The notes: generated by a model not told the origin, from the letters alone. A stretch of 64,000 nt of DNA from an uncultured Bacteroidales bacterium (GCA_937896505.1 CALBNP010000136.1:11338-75337), one strand, 5' to 3'; shown: positions 53,817-63,950, counted from the stretch's first letter. Made by a program: numbers and translations.

Positions 53817-55742
53817 CTTATCCATCTCCGAATCATCTTCGATTCTCAAATTGCTGATGATGAATTTCTGCCTTTCCATGGTGTTCTTGCCCATGTAGTA
53901 TTCCAGCAGTTCCTTGATTCCGAAGTCGTTGTGCAAAATCACAGGTTCCAGACGGATGTTCTGCCCGATGAAGCCACGGAACTCGTCGGGTGAGATTTCG
54001 CCCAGACCTTTGAATCGGGTGATTTCGGCTTGCGCGCCGCATTTTTCCTTGGCGGCAACGCGTTCTTCATCGCTGTAGCAGTAATAGGTTTCCTTCTTGT
54101 TGCGGACGCGGAACAGGGGAGTCTGAAGGATATAGACGTGGCCGTTGCGCACGAGGTCGGGATAGAACTGCAAGAAGAAGGTGAGCAGTAGCAGACGGAT
54201 GTGCATGCCATCGACATCGGCATCGGTAGCGATGACGATGTTGTTGTAGCGCAGGTTTTCCATGTCTTCTTCGATGTTCAAGGCAGCTTGCAGAAGGTTG
54301 AACTCTTCGTTCTCATAGCACACTTTTTTGCTCATTCCCAAGCAGTTGAGCGGTTTGCCGCGCAAGCTGAATACGGCCTGTGTCTGCACATCGCGACTCT
54401 TGGTGATGCTTCCCGATGCTGAATCGCCCTCGGTGATGAAGATGGTGCTGTCCAAACGATTTTCGTGGTTCGTGTTCAAGTGGACACGGCAGTCGCGCAG
54501 TTTCCGGTTGTTCAGGCTGACTTTTTTCGCACTTTCGCGGGCGGCCTTTTTGATGCCTGCAATGTCCTTGCGTTCCTTTTCGTTGATGAGAATCTTCTGC
54601 TGTAAAGCCGTCACAGTCTGCGGATTCATGTGCAGATAGTTGTCGAGATGGCGTTTCAGGATGTCGAAGACGTATGTCTTTAGGAAAGGACTGTCGTTGG
54701 TCCCGTCGGGATTGTTGGGGGCAAGGTGGGTCGAACCTAACTTGGTCTTTGTTTGTGCCTCAAACACAGGCTCTTGTATGCGGACGCAAAGCGCGCACAC
54801 CAAGCCCTGACGGATGTCGGCGGGTTCGTATTCCTTTTGGAAGAACTCGCGCACCACGCGGGCGTAGCCTTCGCGGAAAGCGGATTGGTGGGTGCCGCCT
54901 TCGGTGGTGTGCTGACCGTTGACGAAGGAATAGAAATAGTCGCTCGATTGACCGTTCACATGTGTGAAAGCTGCCTCGAAATCGTCATCCTTGATGTGGA
55001 TGATAGGGTAGAGGCCTTCGCCTTCCATGTTGTTCTCCAAGAGGTCGAGCAAGCCGTTTTTCGAATAGTAGCGTTTGTCGTTATAGACCAGACTGAGGCC
55101 ACGGTTGAGGTAGGCATAGTTCCACACGCGTCTCTCGATATATTCATCCACATAGTGGTAGTTGCCAAACAAAGCCGTGTCGGGGATGAACTCGATCAGA
55201 GTACCTGTCTCGCCATCGGAGGCGATGATGCCCGTGTCGCTGGTCAGCTTGCCTTGCGCGAACTCGGCAATGCGGGTCTTGCCCTCGCGGATGGCTTGCA
55301 CCTTGAAATACGAGGAGAGTGCGTTGACGGCCTTCGTACCGACACCATTCAAACCGACTGATTTCTGGAACACCTTGCTGTCGTATTTGGCACCCGTGTT
55401 CAGCTTCGAGACGGCGTCCACAATCTTTCCCAACGGGATGCCTCGGCCATAGTCGCGGATGGTGACTTTCTTCTCCACCTTGTTGACGGTGATTTCAATC
55501 TTCTTGCCGAAGCCCGAAGTGAACTCGTCAATGGAGTTGTCAATCACTTCCTTGATAAGCACATAGATGCCGTCGTCTTGCGAGGCACCGTCGCCTAGTT
55601 TGCCGATATACATACCTGGGCGGCGACGTATGTGCTCCATGTCTTCGAGGTGCACGATGCTGTCGTCGTTGTAGTTCTCTGTGTTTGGTGCGGGATTCTC
55701 GACTTGCGAGAAAATATCTTTCTCTTCGTATTCGTGGTCCAT
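53811..55742 (-). CDS. parE: Type IIA topoisomerase subunit B (topoisomerase IV ParE-like)
   Basis: Start at the MDHEYEEKD Met (55742). [50 protein letters not shown]-like [20 protein letters not shown]. The ParE versus GyrB assignment is tentative. Confidence 0.85.
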   Translation of the reverse strand: MDHEYEEKDIFSQVENPAPNTENYNDDSIVHLEDMEHIRRRPGMYIGKLGDGASQDDGIYVLIKEVIDNSIDEFTSGFGKKIEITVNKVEKKVTIRDYGRGIPLGKIVDAVSKLNTGAKYDSKVFQKSVGLNGVGTKAVNALSSYFKVQAIREGKTRIAEFAQGKLTSDTGIIASDGETGTLIEFIPDTALFGNYHYVDEYIERRVWNYAYLNRGLSLVYNDKRYYSKNGLLDLLENNMEGEGLYPIIHIKDDDFEAAFTHVNGQSSDYFYSFVNGQHTTEGGTHQSAFREGYARVVREFFQKEYEPADIRQGLVCALCVRIQEPVFEAQTKTKLGSTHLAPNNPDGTNDSPFLKTYVFDILKRHLDNYLHMNPQTVTALQQKILINEKERKDIAGIKKAARESAKKVSLNNRKLRDCRVHLNTNHENRLDSTIFITEGDSASGSITKSRDVQTQAVFSLRGKPLNCLGMSKKVCYENEEFNLLQAALNIEEDMENLRYNNIVIATDADVDGMHIRLLLLTFFLQFYPDLVRNGHVYILQTPLFRVRNKKETYYCYSDEERVAAKEKCGAQAEITRFKGLGEISPDEFRGFIGQNIRLEPVILHNDFGIKELLEYYMGKNTMERQKFIISNLRIEDDSEMDKM

Positions 55743-55850
55743 AAAAGCCAATTTAATGCGTTGAATATACGTTTTGCCGCAAAAATACGAAAAATTGGTG
55801 GATTTCTTGACAATTGCTGTTTCTATTATTAATTCCATCCGACCTTTGGG

Positions 55851-55978
55851 TCTGTTTTGATTTAGGTGAAATAAATAACAATGTCATTTCGACCGTAGGG
55901 AAGAAATCTATTGTTATTTGTTTCACTAAGAAAAGCCTATAGATACACTCCTTCGTCGGTATGACATAGGTTTTTTTG
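55851..55978. repeat. Intergenic repeat element, copy B (inverted relative to copy A)
   Basis: Its reverse complement aligns end to end with 45679-45890, except for a ~85-bp internal duplication in A. The core, in inverted orientation (CTTCGTCGGTATGACAT), is at 55951-55967. Confidence 0.85.
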
Positions 55979-55996
55979 AAAAATCAAAACAGACAG

Positions 55997-57289
55997 TTAG
56001 TCTTTCTTGAAAATCCTTGTGGTTTCTTCCTTGACCCAATTCCAATCGTCACTATTCGGAACGAGTTGGCACAGCCTAATGCCTGTCATCCGGTGGAAAA
56101 CAATCCATTGGTAAACGAAGATGGCTGCAAAAGTGATTGAAGTGGAAATGGCAGCACCGGCAATGCCAAGCCGTGGTATGAGAATGTAAACGCTTGGTAA
56201 TGTGACGGCTAATCCGATTATTGAAGCGTAGAGGTTGTATTTTGGCATACCCGTCCCTTGAAAATGGTTGGCTAAGATGTTGTTTGCCGAAAAGAATACG
56301 ATACCTGGCGCCAAAAGGATGATGACGGAGCGTATTCCGCTGAATTCTTCCGAGAAAAGCCACTCGAAAAGTGAGGTGGGCAGCAGCGAAACGACAATCA
56401 TTGCCACTAAGGTGAACATGACCGAGATTTTGATGAACCGCAAGGTCAGCAGGTTGGCGCGTTCTTGGTCATCGGTGTTGCTTAGGGCGGAGAACTGAAC
56501 CAAACCGATGCTGTTGCCAATGATTTTCACGCCCTCGGTGACTTGGGCTCCCGTACCATAAACGCCAGCCGACGACGGAGTGCTATTGCCTTGAAGGACA
56601 TAGAGATTCAGACGTTTGTTGATGGTAGCCACGATGTTCGAAAGCTGCATGAGGGCACCATAGCCAAACATTTCTTTTAGTGTTGGTCCGATGGGGTCGA
56701 GACCTTCGCGTTTCAAGGTGGGCAAAAGCAAAATCCAACCGGCGACTAAAGCTAAGGTGTAACCGCATAGTTGCGAATAGAGGAATGCACGTGCATCGGC
56801 CATGTCGAGGATAAGGATGAACAATGCCATCGCGCTGACTTGTGTGAGTATCTGTAAGAGGAACAAGCAGTTGAATGTCTTCACCTTTTCTTTCCCGAGG
56901 AAATGGTTGAGGTTGAACTCGTGAAGGCTATAGGTGAGGGTCTGCAGCAATAGGATGGAGGCGTAACCTTCGGGAACGACGCGATGATAGAACTCGGGGA
57001 AGAACGACAAGCCTTTGAAAAGCAATAGGTAGAAGCACATCACGAGGCCAATCCAAGCGTAGGAGAGGGTCATCAGCGTGGAGAGCTTCTTGCGAGGGGT
57101 GAAATACACTAGCCCGCTGCCAGCCAGCAATTCGATGCCAATCAGCAAAAAGGTGTTATCGACTTGGACGGTATAGGCAATGCCCCATTCGGCGGCGCCG
57201 AGGAACTTGGTTCCCATGATGAGCGTCGCGAATTGCGTCAGCAGGTTGACGAGACGCACTGCACCGGTGCCAAGTATCTTCTTGAACAT
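55997..57289 (-). CDS. MOP-superfamily flippase (Wzx/polysaccharide biosynthesis protein-like)
   Basis: ~12-14 hydrophobic helices; 430 aa; no soluble domain. Confidence 0.6.
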   Translation of the reverse strand: MFKKILGTGAVRLVNLLTQFATLIMGTKFLGAAEWGIAYTVQVDNTFLLIGIELLAGSGLVYFTPRKKLSTLMTLSYAWIGLVMCFYLLLFKGLSFFPEFYHRVVPEGYASILLLQTLTYSLHEFNLNHFLGKEKVKTFNCLFLLQILTQVSAMALFILILDMADARAFLYSQLCGYTLALVAGWILLLPTLKREGLDPIGPTLKEMFGYGALMQLSNIVATINKRLNLYVLQGNSTPSSAGVYGTGAQVTEGVKIIGNSIGLVQFSALSNTDDQERANLLTLRFIKISVMFTLVAMIVVSLLPTSLFEWLFSEEFSGIRSVIILLAPGIVFFSANNILANHFQGTGMPKYNLYASIIGLAVTLPSVYILIPRLGIAGAAISTSITFAAIFVYQWIVFHRMTGIRLCQLVPNSDDWNWVKEETTRIFKKD

Positions 57290-57778
57290 CTACTTGCGCT
57301 CCCAGACTTCAAAACGGTAAGTGAAATCGACTTGCGGGTCTTCGTCAACGACATTGACGTCAATCAGGTTCCATTCGTCGAAATCGATGTAGGGGAAATA
57401 GGTGTCGGCCTCAAATTCTTTGTCGATGCGGGTCAGATAGAGCTTGTCGGCATGGGGCAGAAACTGCTCGTAGATGCTGCCGCCACCTATGACGAAGGTC
57501 TCTTCTTCGTCGTGCACCATGTTGACGGCTTCCTGAATGGAATGGGCAAGCTCGAAGCCTTCTGGAGCCTGTTCTAAGTGTGAAGAAATGATGATATTGC
57601 GACGGTTGGGCAATGCGCGTTGGTTCGGCAAGGAAAGGAAGGTCTTGTAGCCCATGATGACGGTATGTCCCGTGGTGACGCGCTTGAAATATTTCAAGTC
57701 AGCCGACAGGTGCCAAATCAAATTGCCATTCAGTCCAATGGCCCGATTCCTTGCTAATGCAACAATGATGGATATCAT
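57290..57778 (-). CDS. folA: Dihydrofolate reductase
   Basis: MISIIVALARNRAIGLNGNLIWHL..DLKYFKRVTTGHTVIMGYKTF...FVIGGGSIYEQFL. Confidence 0.95.
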   Translation of the reverse strand: MISIIVALARNRAIGLNGNLIWHLSADLKYFKRVTTGHTVIMGYKTFLSLPNQRALPNRRNIIISSHLEQAPEGFELAHSIQEAVNMVHDEEETFVIGGGSIYEQFLPHADKLYLTRIDKEFEADTYFPYIDFDEWNLIDVNVVDEDPQVDFTYRFEVWERK

Positions 57779-57848
57779 AATTTCTTTGTATTTATGTATT
57801 TCTCAATTCTTTGAGACGCGATAAATCGACGTCTCTATTGCCGTTTCA

Positions 57849-57946
57849 CTCAACTTTCATCTTTCAACTTTCAACTTTCAACTCTCAACTTTCAACTCTC
57901 AACTTTCATCTTTCAACTTTCAACTCTCAACTTTCAACTCTCAACT
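57849..57946. repeat. 14 tandem heptamers (YTCAWCT; AGWTGAR on the coding strand) between thyA and folA
   Basis: 98 bp of CTCAACT / TTCAACT / TTCATCT units with no spacer. A GAGACG...CGTCTC hairpin at 57823-57845 lies between the array and the folA start. Confidence 0.9.
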
Positions 57947-57960
57947 CTAAAACTCTCCCT

Positions 57961-58788
57961 CTAAACCGATACCTCTCCTTTGATTGCTGGGTAGGGGTCG
58001 TAATTTTCCAATGTGAAATCTTCGTATTTAAACGCAAAGATGTCTTTTACTTCCGGATTGATTCTCATGGTTGGCAGTTGACGCGGCTCACGCGAAAGTT
58101 GCGTCTTCACTTGCTCAATCAGGTTATTATAGATATGGACATCGCCGAAGGTGTGGACAAATTCGCCCGGTTTGAGGCCGCACACCTGCGCCACCATCAT
58201 GGTGAGGAGCGCGTAGGATGCGATGTTGAAGGGCACGCCAAGGAACACGTCGGCACTGCGCTGGTAGAGCTGGCACGACAGTTTCCCGTCGGCCACATAG
58301 AATTGGAAGAAGGCATGGCAGGGGGGAAGTGCAGCCTTGCCAGCGGCTACGTTGGCCGCAAAGTCTTTCTCGTGCTCGTCGGGCAAGACGGATGGGTTCC
58401 AGGCGGTTACGATGTGGCGACGGCTATTGGGATTCGTCTTGATGCTCTCAATCACGGCCTTGATTTGGTCGATGCCTTCGTTGTTCCAGTTGCGCCATTG
58501 TGCGCCGTAAACGGGACCCAAGTCGCCGTTGGCATCAGCCCACTCGTCCCAAATGCTCACTTTGTTATCGTGCAGATACTTGATGTTCGTGTCGCCGCTC
58601 AAGAGCCAAAGCAACTCGTGGATGATGGATTTCAGATGGACTTTTTTGGTGGTCACCAACGGAAAACCTTCGGCAAGGTCGAAACGCATCTGGTAGCCAA
58701 ACACGCTGATAGTGCCGGTTCCCGTGCGGTCGCCTTTCTGGACGCCGTGGTCGAGGATGTATTGAAGTAGGTCGAGATATTGCTTCAT
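57961..58788 (-). CDS. thyA: Thymidylate synthase
   Basis: [42 protein letters not shown]. Confidence 0.97.
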   Translation of the reverse strand: MKQYLDLLQYILDHGVQKGDRTGTGTISVFGYQMRFDLAEGFPLVTTKKVHLKSIIHELLWLLSGDTNIKYLHDNKVSIWDEWADANGDLGPVYGAQWRNWNNEGIDQIKAVIESIKTNPNSRRHIVTAWNPSVLPDEHEKDFAANVAAGKAALPPCHAFFQFYVADGKLSCQLYQRSADVFLGVPFNIASYALLTMMVAQVCGLKPGEFVHTFGDVHIYNNLIEQVKTQLSREPRQLPTMRINPEVKDIFAFKYEDFTLENYDPYPAIKGEVSV

Positions 58789-58864
58789 ACTTGGTGTAAT
58801 TATGAATTAAGAATGAAAAATGCAGAATAAGGCGAAGCCCAGAAACGGATAGCCGCATCGCGAC

Positions 58865-58940
58865 ATTCTCAATTCTCAAAATTCTCAATTCTCAATTCTC
58901 AATTCTCAATTCTTAATTCTCAATTCTAAATTCTTAATTC
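58865..58940. repeat. ~10 tandem heptamers (ATTCTCA/ATTCTTA; GAGAATT on the coding strand) between nupG and thyA
   Basis: 76 bp with one 2-nt insertion. The last units overlap the nupG stop codon (58934-58936). Confidence 0.9.
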
Positions 58941-60208
58941 ACTTCGTGCTTGTATTTGAACAGAATGGCGAACAAGATGCCTACCACAAAAGCGAAGCCT
59001 GCGAAGATGTACCATGCCGTTGACCAGCCTGTCATCAGTTGGTCGAATTGGTTGATGGGGTCGATGCCCCCTGTGAAGCGGTTGACGATAGCGCCGGCGC
59101 AGAACGAACCGACCGTGGCACCCAAACCATTGGTCATCATCATGAACACGCCTTGGGCGCTGCTGCGGATGCTGATGTCGGTGTTTTGGTCAACGAAGAG
59201 CGAGCCGCTGATATTGTAGAAGTCGAAAGCGACGCCATAGACTATCATCGAAAGGATGAAGAGGACGAGGCCGAAACCTGTAGGGCTTCCGGCACCCAAC
59301 AGGGCGAAACGCAGGAACCAAGCCATGAAGGCGATAATCATCACTTTCTTGATGCCGAATTTGCGCAGGAAGAAAGGAATGAGCAAGATGCAGAGCGTTT
59401 CTGACACTTGTGAGATAGAGGAAAGGAACACGCTGTTCTTCACGGCAAAGGCGTTGGCGTATTCTTCCACGTTCTTGAAAGCATCCAGATATGGAGTGCA
59501 GAAACCGTTGGTCACTTGCAGACACATGCCCAAAAGGAAAGAGAAGATGAAGAAAATGCACATCTTCGGGTCTTTGAACAATGTGAAGGCGCGCAGGCCT
59601 AAAGCATCGACAAACGAAGCGTTTTCTTGCTTCTTGCTGATAGGGCATTCCGGCAAAGTGAAAGCATAGATGCCCAAGATAAGACTCCAACCGGCCGAGA
59701 CGAACAGCTGCATGTAGCTATCCTTGAAGCCAGTGAAGTTGACAATCCACATGGAAACGATGAAACCGATGGTACCGAAAACACGAATAGGTGGATATGC
59801 CTTGACGGTATCCAGACCAGCCTTGTTCAATGCATTGTACGACACAGAGTTACCTAATGCAATGGTAGGCATGAAGAAAGCCACGCTTAATGCGTAAAAT
59901 GGAAATATCCTTCCGAAAGTAATGCCATTACCATATTTCATGCCTATGAAACCGGCAAGGCCTATAAACAACGCTGACAGCAGATGGCAGATGCCCAACA
60001 GCTTTTGGGCAGGAATCCAACGGTCGGCAACGATGCCCATCAAGGCGGGCATGAAAAGTGAGACGATGCCTTGAATGGCGAAAAACGAGCCGATGTTGGC
60101 ACCCATGCCGACATTGCCCAAATAAATTCCCAATGAACACAGATAAGCTCCCCATGAAGCAAAGATGAGGAAATTCATCACGATTAAACGTGTCTTGATA
60201 CCTTTCAT
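58934..60208 (-). CDS. nupG: Nucleoside permease (MFS, NupG/XapB family)
   Basis: MKGIKTRLIVMNFLIFASWGAYLCSLGIYL start, 12 TM helices, 424 aa. Confidence 0.7.
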   Translation of the reverse strand: MKGIKTRLIVMNFLIFASWGAYLCSLGIYLGNVGMGANIGSFFAIQGIVSLFMPALMGIVADRWIPAQKLLGICHLLSALFIGLAGFIGMKYGNGITFGRIFPFYALSVAFFMPTIALGNSVSYNALNKAGLDTVKAYPPIRVFGTIGFIVSMWIVNFTGFKDSYMQLFVSAGWSLILGIYAFTLPECPISKKQENASFVDALGLRAFTLFKDPKMCIFFIFSFLLGMCLQVTNGFCTPYLDAFKNVEEYANAFAVKNSVFLSSISQVSETLCILLIPFFLRKFGIKKVMIIAFMAWFLRFALLGAGSPTGFGLVLFILSMIVYGVAFDFYNISGSLFVDQNTDISIRSSAQGVFMMMTNGLGATVGSFCAGAIVNRFTGGIDPINQFDQLMTGWSTAWYIFAGFAFVVGILFAILFKYKHEVN

Positions 60209-60227
60209 TATGATGTGATTTTATTGA

Positions 60228-60848
60228 TTATTTCATTGCATTGATCTTGTCGCGAAGCAAGGCGGCTCTCTCATAGTCCTCGTTTTCGATGGCCTCACGC
60301 AGTTGCTCTTCGAGTTCTTCGATATTCTGGGTGCTGAGCGGAGCCGAAGCACTACTCTCTACATCCATCTTCCCACTTTCCACTTCCCACTTTTCACTTT
60401 CATCTTTCAACTCTCCACTGTCTTCACTTTCCACTTCATCTTCCATCTCGATTCCTGCTTCTTCCATGACAGTTTCGTAGGCGAAGATTTCGCAGTTGAG
60501 CCTGACGGCCAAGGCAATGGCATCGGAAGGACGCGCGTCAACCATGGTGAGTTGGCCATTGTGTTCGCAAACCAGCATGGCATAGAAAACGCCGTCGCGG
60601 AAACGGTTGATGACGACTTCCCTTATATTAATATTAAAGGTGTCGGCGAACTTGATGAACAGGTCGTGGGTGAGGGGACGACTATTCCTTTGTCTTTCAA
60701 TACCCACTGCAATTGACTGTGCTTCAGCACCACCGATGACGATAGGAAGGCGTAAGTGTGAGTTGCGGTCGCCCAAAATGAGCACGTAAGCACCGGTTGA
60801 TGACTCGCTGTAGGTCATCCCGACGATTTCAAGTCTGACTTTGTTCAT
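60228..60848 (-). CDS. Bifunctional nuclease (DUF151) family protein with C-terminal UVR motif
   Basis: VRLEIVGMTYSESSTGAYVLILGD...RLPIVIGGAEAQSI..RPLTHDL, then an acidic heptad-repeat linker, then EELEEQLREAIENEDYERAALLRDKI. Confidence 0.75.
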   Translation of the reverse strand: MNKVRLEIVGMTYSESSTGAYVLILGDRNSHLRLPIVIGGAEAQSIAVGIERQRNSRPLTHDLFIKFADTFNINIREVVINRFRDGVFYAMLVCEHNGQLTMVDARPSDAIALAVRLNCEIFAYETVMEEAGIEMEDEVESEDSGELKDESEKWEVESGKMDVESSASAPLSTQNIEELEEQLREAIENEDYERAALLRDKINAMK

Positions 60849-60931
60849 CTCGTTTTCAATTTCGGAGGCAATCTGCTGAAAACTCGTCCGTTATGACATG
60901 GTTTAGCAAAAAAACCTTCTTCCTCAATCGC

Positions 60932-60939
60932 CAAAAATA
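60932..60939 (-). promoter_or_regulatory. Candidate -7 box (TATTTTTG on the minus strand) for the nuclease-nupG unit
   Basis: Reverse complement of CAAAAATA, 83 nt upstream of ATG 60848. Confidence 0.35.
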
Positions 60940-61022
60940 CGGACATTTTTCCAATCTGCCAAAAAAAGTTGCTGTTTGGGAAAAATCTTACCTCAAACTT
61001 AAAATCCGTTTTATTTTGTTCT

Positions 61023-61030
61023 TATTTTTG
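61023..61030 (+). promoter_or_regulatory. Candidate -7 box (TATTTTTG) for hppA
   Basis: TAnnTTTG 54 nt upstream of ATG 61085. Confidence 0.4.
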
Positions 61031-61084
61031 CACACTTAAAACACGATTGAAAGTAAATTTAATAATAACTAAAATTAATCGCTT

Positions 61085-63307
61085 ATGAATCTTTCAGTAG
61101 TTTATTGGGTGCTTGCGGCCTCTATCTTGGCTCTGGCATTCGCCTTCTTCTTCTACAAGCAAATGATGAAGGAAGACGAGGGTACGGATTTGATGAAAAA
61201 GATTGCGGCTCACGTCCGTAAAGGTGCTATGGCTTACCTGAAACAGCAGTACAAGGTGGTCATCATCGTGTTTGTTGTTTTGGCTGCCATCTTTGGCATC
61301 ATGGCCTATTTCAAGCTGCAAAATGGCATCGTCTGGTTCGCTTTCCTGACGGGTGGTTTCTTCTCGGGCTTGGCTGGCTTCTTCGGCATGAAGACCGCCA
61401 CTTACGCTTCGGCACGTACAGCCAATGCTGCCCGTAAGTCACTGAACAGCGGCCTGCAAGTGGCTTTCCGCTCGGGCGCCGTCATGGGTCTGGTCGTGGT
61501 TGGCCTGGCTCTTCTCGATGTTTCGGTTTGGTTCCTCGTCTTGAAAGGCACTAACCTCCTGAATTTTGTCGGCGCCAATGCTGACTTGGTCACCATCACC
61601 ACTACCATGCTGACCTTCGGTATGGGTGCTTCCACTCAGGCATTGTTTGCCCGTGTGGGTGGCGGTATCTACACCAAGGCTGCCGATGTCGGTGCCGACC
61701 TCGTTGGTAAGACCGAATACAACATCCCTGAAGACGACCCGCGCAATCCTGCTACCATCGCCGATAACGTTGGCGACAACGTCGGTGACGTGGCTGGTAT
61801 GGGTGCCGACCTTTATGAATCATACGCCGGTTCCATCTTGGCTACCATGGCTTTAGGCGCTTCGGCTTTCGCTACCGCAGCTGCCGAATCGGCCGCTGGC
61901 GAAGCCATGCAGATGAAGGCTGTCATCGCTCCAATGCTGATTGCCGCTGTGGGCGTGTTGCTCTCTTTGATTGGTATTTTCATGGTCCGCACCAAGGAAA
62001 ACGCAGGCATGAAACAGTTGCTGGGTGCCCTTTCGCGTGGTACTAACACTGCCGCCATCCTTATCGCTGCTGCCACTTTCGGCATCTTCGCATTCCTGTT
62101 TGGAACCGAAACAAACCAATGGTGGCACGTCTCCATGTCGGTCGTCGTCGGTCTGTTGGCTGGCGTCATCATCGGCAAGGCTACCGAATATTACACTTCG
62201 CAATCCTATAAGCCTACCCAAAAGGTGGCCGAAAGCTCAAAGACGGGTCCTGCTACTGTAATCATTTCTGGTCTGGGTCTCGGTATGCTTTCCACTGCCA
62301 TCCCTGTTATCACCGTGGGTGTGGCCATTATCCTGGCTTATCTCTGTGCCAATGGCTTCAGCCTCGAATTCAATGCACAGAACCTTTCGATGGGTCTCTA
62401 TGGTATCGGCATCGCTGCCGTGGGTATGCTCTCCACTTTGGGCATCACCTTGGCTACCGACGCTTACGGTCCAATCGCCGACAACGCTGGTGGTAACGCC
62501 GAAATGAGCGGCCTCGATCCTGAAGTGCGTCAACGCACCGATGCTCTCGATGCTCTCGGCAACACCACTGCCGCTACCGGTAAGGGTTTCGCCATCGGCT
62601 CGGCTGCTCTGACAGCTCTTGCTCTTCTGGCTTCATACGTTGAGGAAATCAAGATCGCCTTGGTGCGTGTCGGTCAAGACCTGCCGAATGGCGTTGAAGC
62701 TGCAAAGGCTACCCTCATCGACTTCATGGAAGCCTACAACGTGAACCTGATGAACCCTGTCGTCCTCGTGGGCGTGTTCATCGGTGCCATGATGGCCTTC
62801 GTATTCTGCGGCATGACCATGAATGCCGTGGGTCGCGCTGCACAGAAGATGGTTGAAGAAGTGCGCCGCCAGTTTGCCACCATCAAGGGTATCCTCGAAG
62901 GCAAGGCTGAACCTGACTACGAGCGTTGCGTGGCCATCTCCACAAAGGGCGCTCAGCACGAAATGCTGGTTCCTTCCATCCTCGCTATCGTAGTTCCTAT
63001 CCTTACGGGTGTCATCCTTGGCGTTCCTGGCGTGCTGGGTCTGCTCATCGGCGGCCTCTCATGCGGCTTCGTCATGGCTGTGTTCATGGCCAACTCGGGC
63101 GGCGCTTGGGACAATGCCAAGAAGTATGTCGAAGAAGGCAACTTCGGTGGCAAGGGCTCTGACAACCACAAGGCTACCGTCGTCGGCGACACCGTCGGTG
63201 ACCCATTCAAAGATACATCAGGTCCTTCGCTGAACATCCTCATCAAGCTGATGAGCATGGTGAGCATCGTGATGGCTGGCCTTACCGTCAGCTGCCACCT
63301 GCTGTAA
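61085..63307 (+). CDS. hppA: Membrane-bound proton/sodium-translocating pyrophosphatase
   Basis: GGGIYTKAADVGADLVGK, DNVGDNVGD, DAYGPIADNAGG, GDTVGDPFKDTSGPSLN. Confidence 0.97.
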   Translation: MNLSVVYWVLAASILALAFAFFFYKQMMKEDEGTDLMKKIAAHVRKGAMAYLKQQYKVVIIVFVVLAAIFGIMAYFKLQNGIVWFAFLTGGFFSGLAGFFGMKTATYASARTANAARKSLNSGLQVAFRSGAVMGLVVVGLALLDVSVWFLVLKGTNLLNFVGANADLVTITTTMLTFGMGASTQALFARVGGGIYTKAADVGADLVGKTEYNIPEDDPRNPATIADNVGDNVGDVAGMGADLYESYAGSILATMALGASAFATAAAESAAGEAMQMKAVIAPMLIAAVGVLLSLIGIFMVRTKENAGMKQLLGALSRGTNTAAILIAAATFGIFAFLFGTETNQWWHVSMSVVVGLLAGVIIGKATEYYTSQSYKPTQKVAESSKTGPATVIISGLGLGMLSTAIPVITVGVAIILAYLCANGFSLEFNAQNLSMGLYGIGIAAVGMLSTLGITLATDAYGPIADNAGGNAEMSGLDPEVRQRTDALDALGNTTAATGKGFAIGSAALTALALLASYVEEIKIALVRVGQDLPNGVEAAKATLIDFMEAYNVNLMNPVVLVGVFIGAMMAFVFCGMTMNAVGRAAQKMVEEVRRQFATIKGILEGKAEPDYERCVAISTKGAQHEMLVPSILAIVVPILTGVILGVPGVLGLLIGGLSCGFVMAVFMANSGGAWDNAKKYVEEGNFGGKGSDNHKATVVGDTVGDPFKDTSGPSLNILIKLMSMVSIVMAGLTVSCHLL

Positions 63308-63328
63308 CCAATATCACATTTGGAAACA

Positions 63329-63358
63329 GAAAAGCGCCTCGAACGGGGCGCTTTTCTT
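63329..63358. terminator. Bidirectional terminator hairpin between convergent hppA and the PPTase gene
   Basis: AAAAGCGCC-TCGAACGG-GGCGCTTTT, flanked by an A run on the left and a T run on the right. Confidence 0.8.
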
Positions 63359-63360
63359 TG

Positions 63361-63915
63361 TTATATGCTGTAGGCAACCGTGACGACATACTGCTTTCCG
63401 CGGTTCACTTGCGTTTCCAGCCGATAGCCTTTGCCGTCGAGGACGGTGTGCAAGTCATCGACGATTCCGGTGCCGCGTAGTTTCAGCACGGCTTCTTTCA
63501 TGGTCCAAAAGCGAATGAAGTCTTCGGTGCTGTGGATTTGTGCGGCTTCCGTCTCGTTCATGGTCTTTTGTACCAAGGCTGGAGTAGGCTCGCGAAAGCT
63601 CTCTATGTCGATGCCGATGGGTTTGTCGTCAACGACAACGGCGAGGCCGTTCTTGCAATGGCTGATGTTGAAATGGACGTCGGGATAATGCAGCAACGAT
63701 GGTTTCCCATGCTCGTTGTGCTGAAGCTCGAAGTTGGTGACACCCATGCTTTTGAGCATCTCGACCAGCATCAGCCAGGTCTTGAGGTGCTCGAATCGGC
63801 CGGCAAGGTGCTTGAAGCGGAGTGCCTCTGAGCGTTGCGGCTCACCGACGATGTTGAGCATCCTTTCTACCTCAGTTTCTGTAACTTGGGTCATGTCGTC
63901 GAAAACTGTTATCAT
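63361..63915 (-). CDS. 4'-phosphopantetheinyl transferase (Sfp type)
   Basis: GKPSLLHYPDVHFNISHCKNGLAVVV, IGIDIE, FWTMKEAVLKLRGTG. Confidence 0.85.
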   Translation of the reverse strand: MITVFDDMTQVTETEVERMLNIVGEPQRSEALRFKHLAGRFEHLKTWLMLVEMLKSMGVTNFELQHNEHGKPSLLHYPDVHFNISHCKNGLAVVVDDKPIGIDIESFREPTPALVQKTMNETEAAQIHSTEDFIRFWTMKEAVLKLRGTGIVDDLHTVLDGKGYRLETQVNRGKQYVVTVAYSI

Positions 63916-63942
63916 GCTAATTTAATGTCTTGAATTTTGATG

Positions 63943-63950
63943 CAAAAATA
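63943..63950 (-). promoter_or_regulatory. Candidate -7 box (TATTTTTG on the minus strand) for the PPTase gene
   Basis: Reverse complement of CAAAAATA, 27 nt upstream of ATG 63915. Confidence 0.4.

Noticed and set aside
45679-55978. Composite transposon or genomic island bounded by the inverted repeat elements.
   Set aside because: There is no transposase, integrase or recombinase gene inside or adjacent. The contents are housekeeping or envelope genes, including an essential topoisomerase subunit. I saw no target-site duplication. Kept only as a possible inversion substrate.
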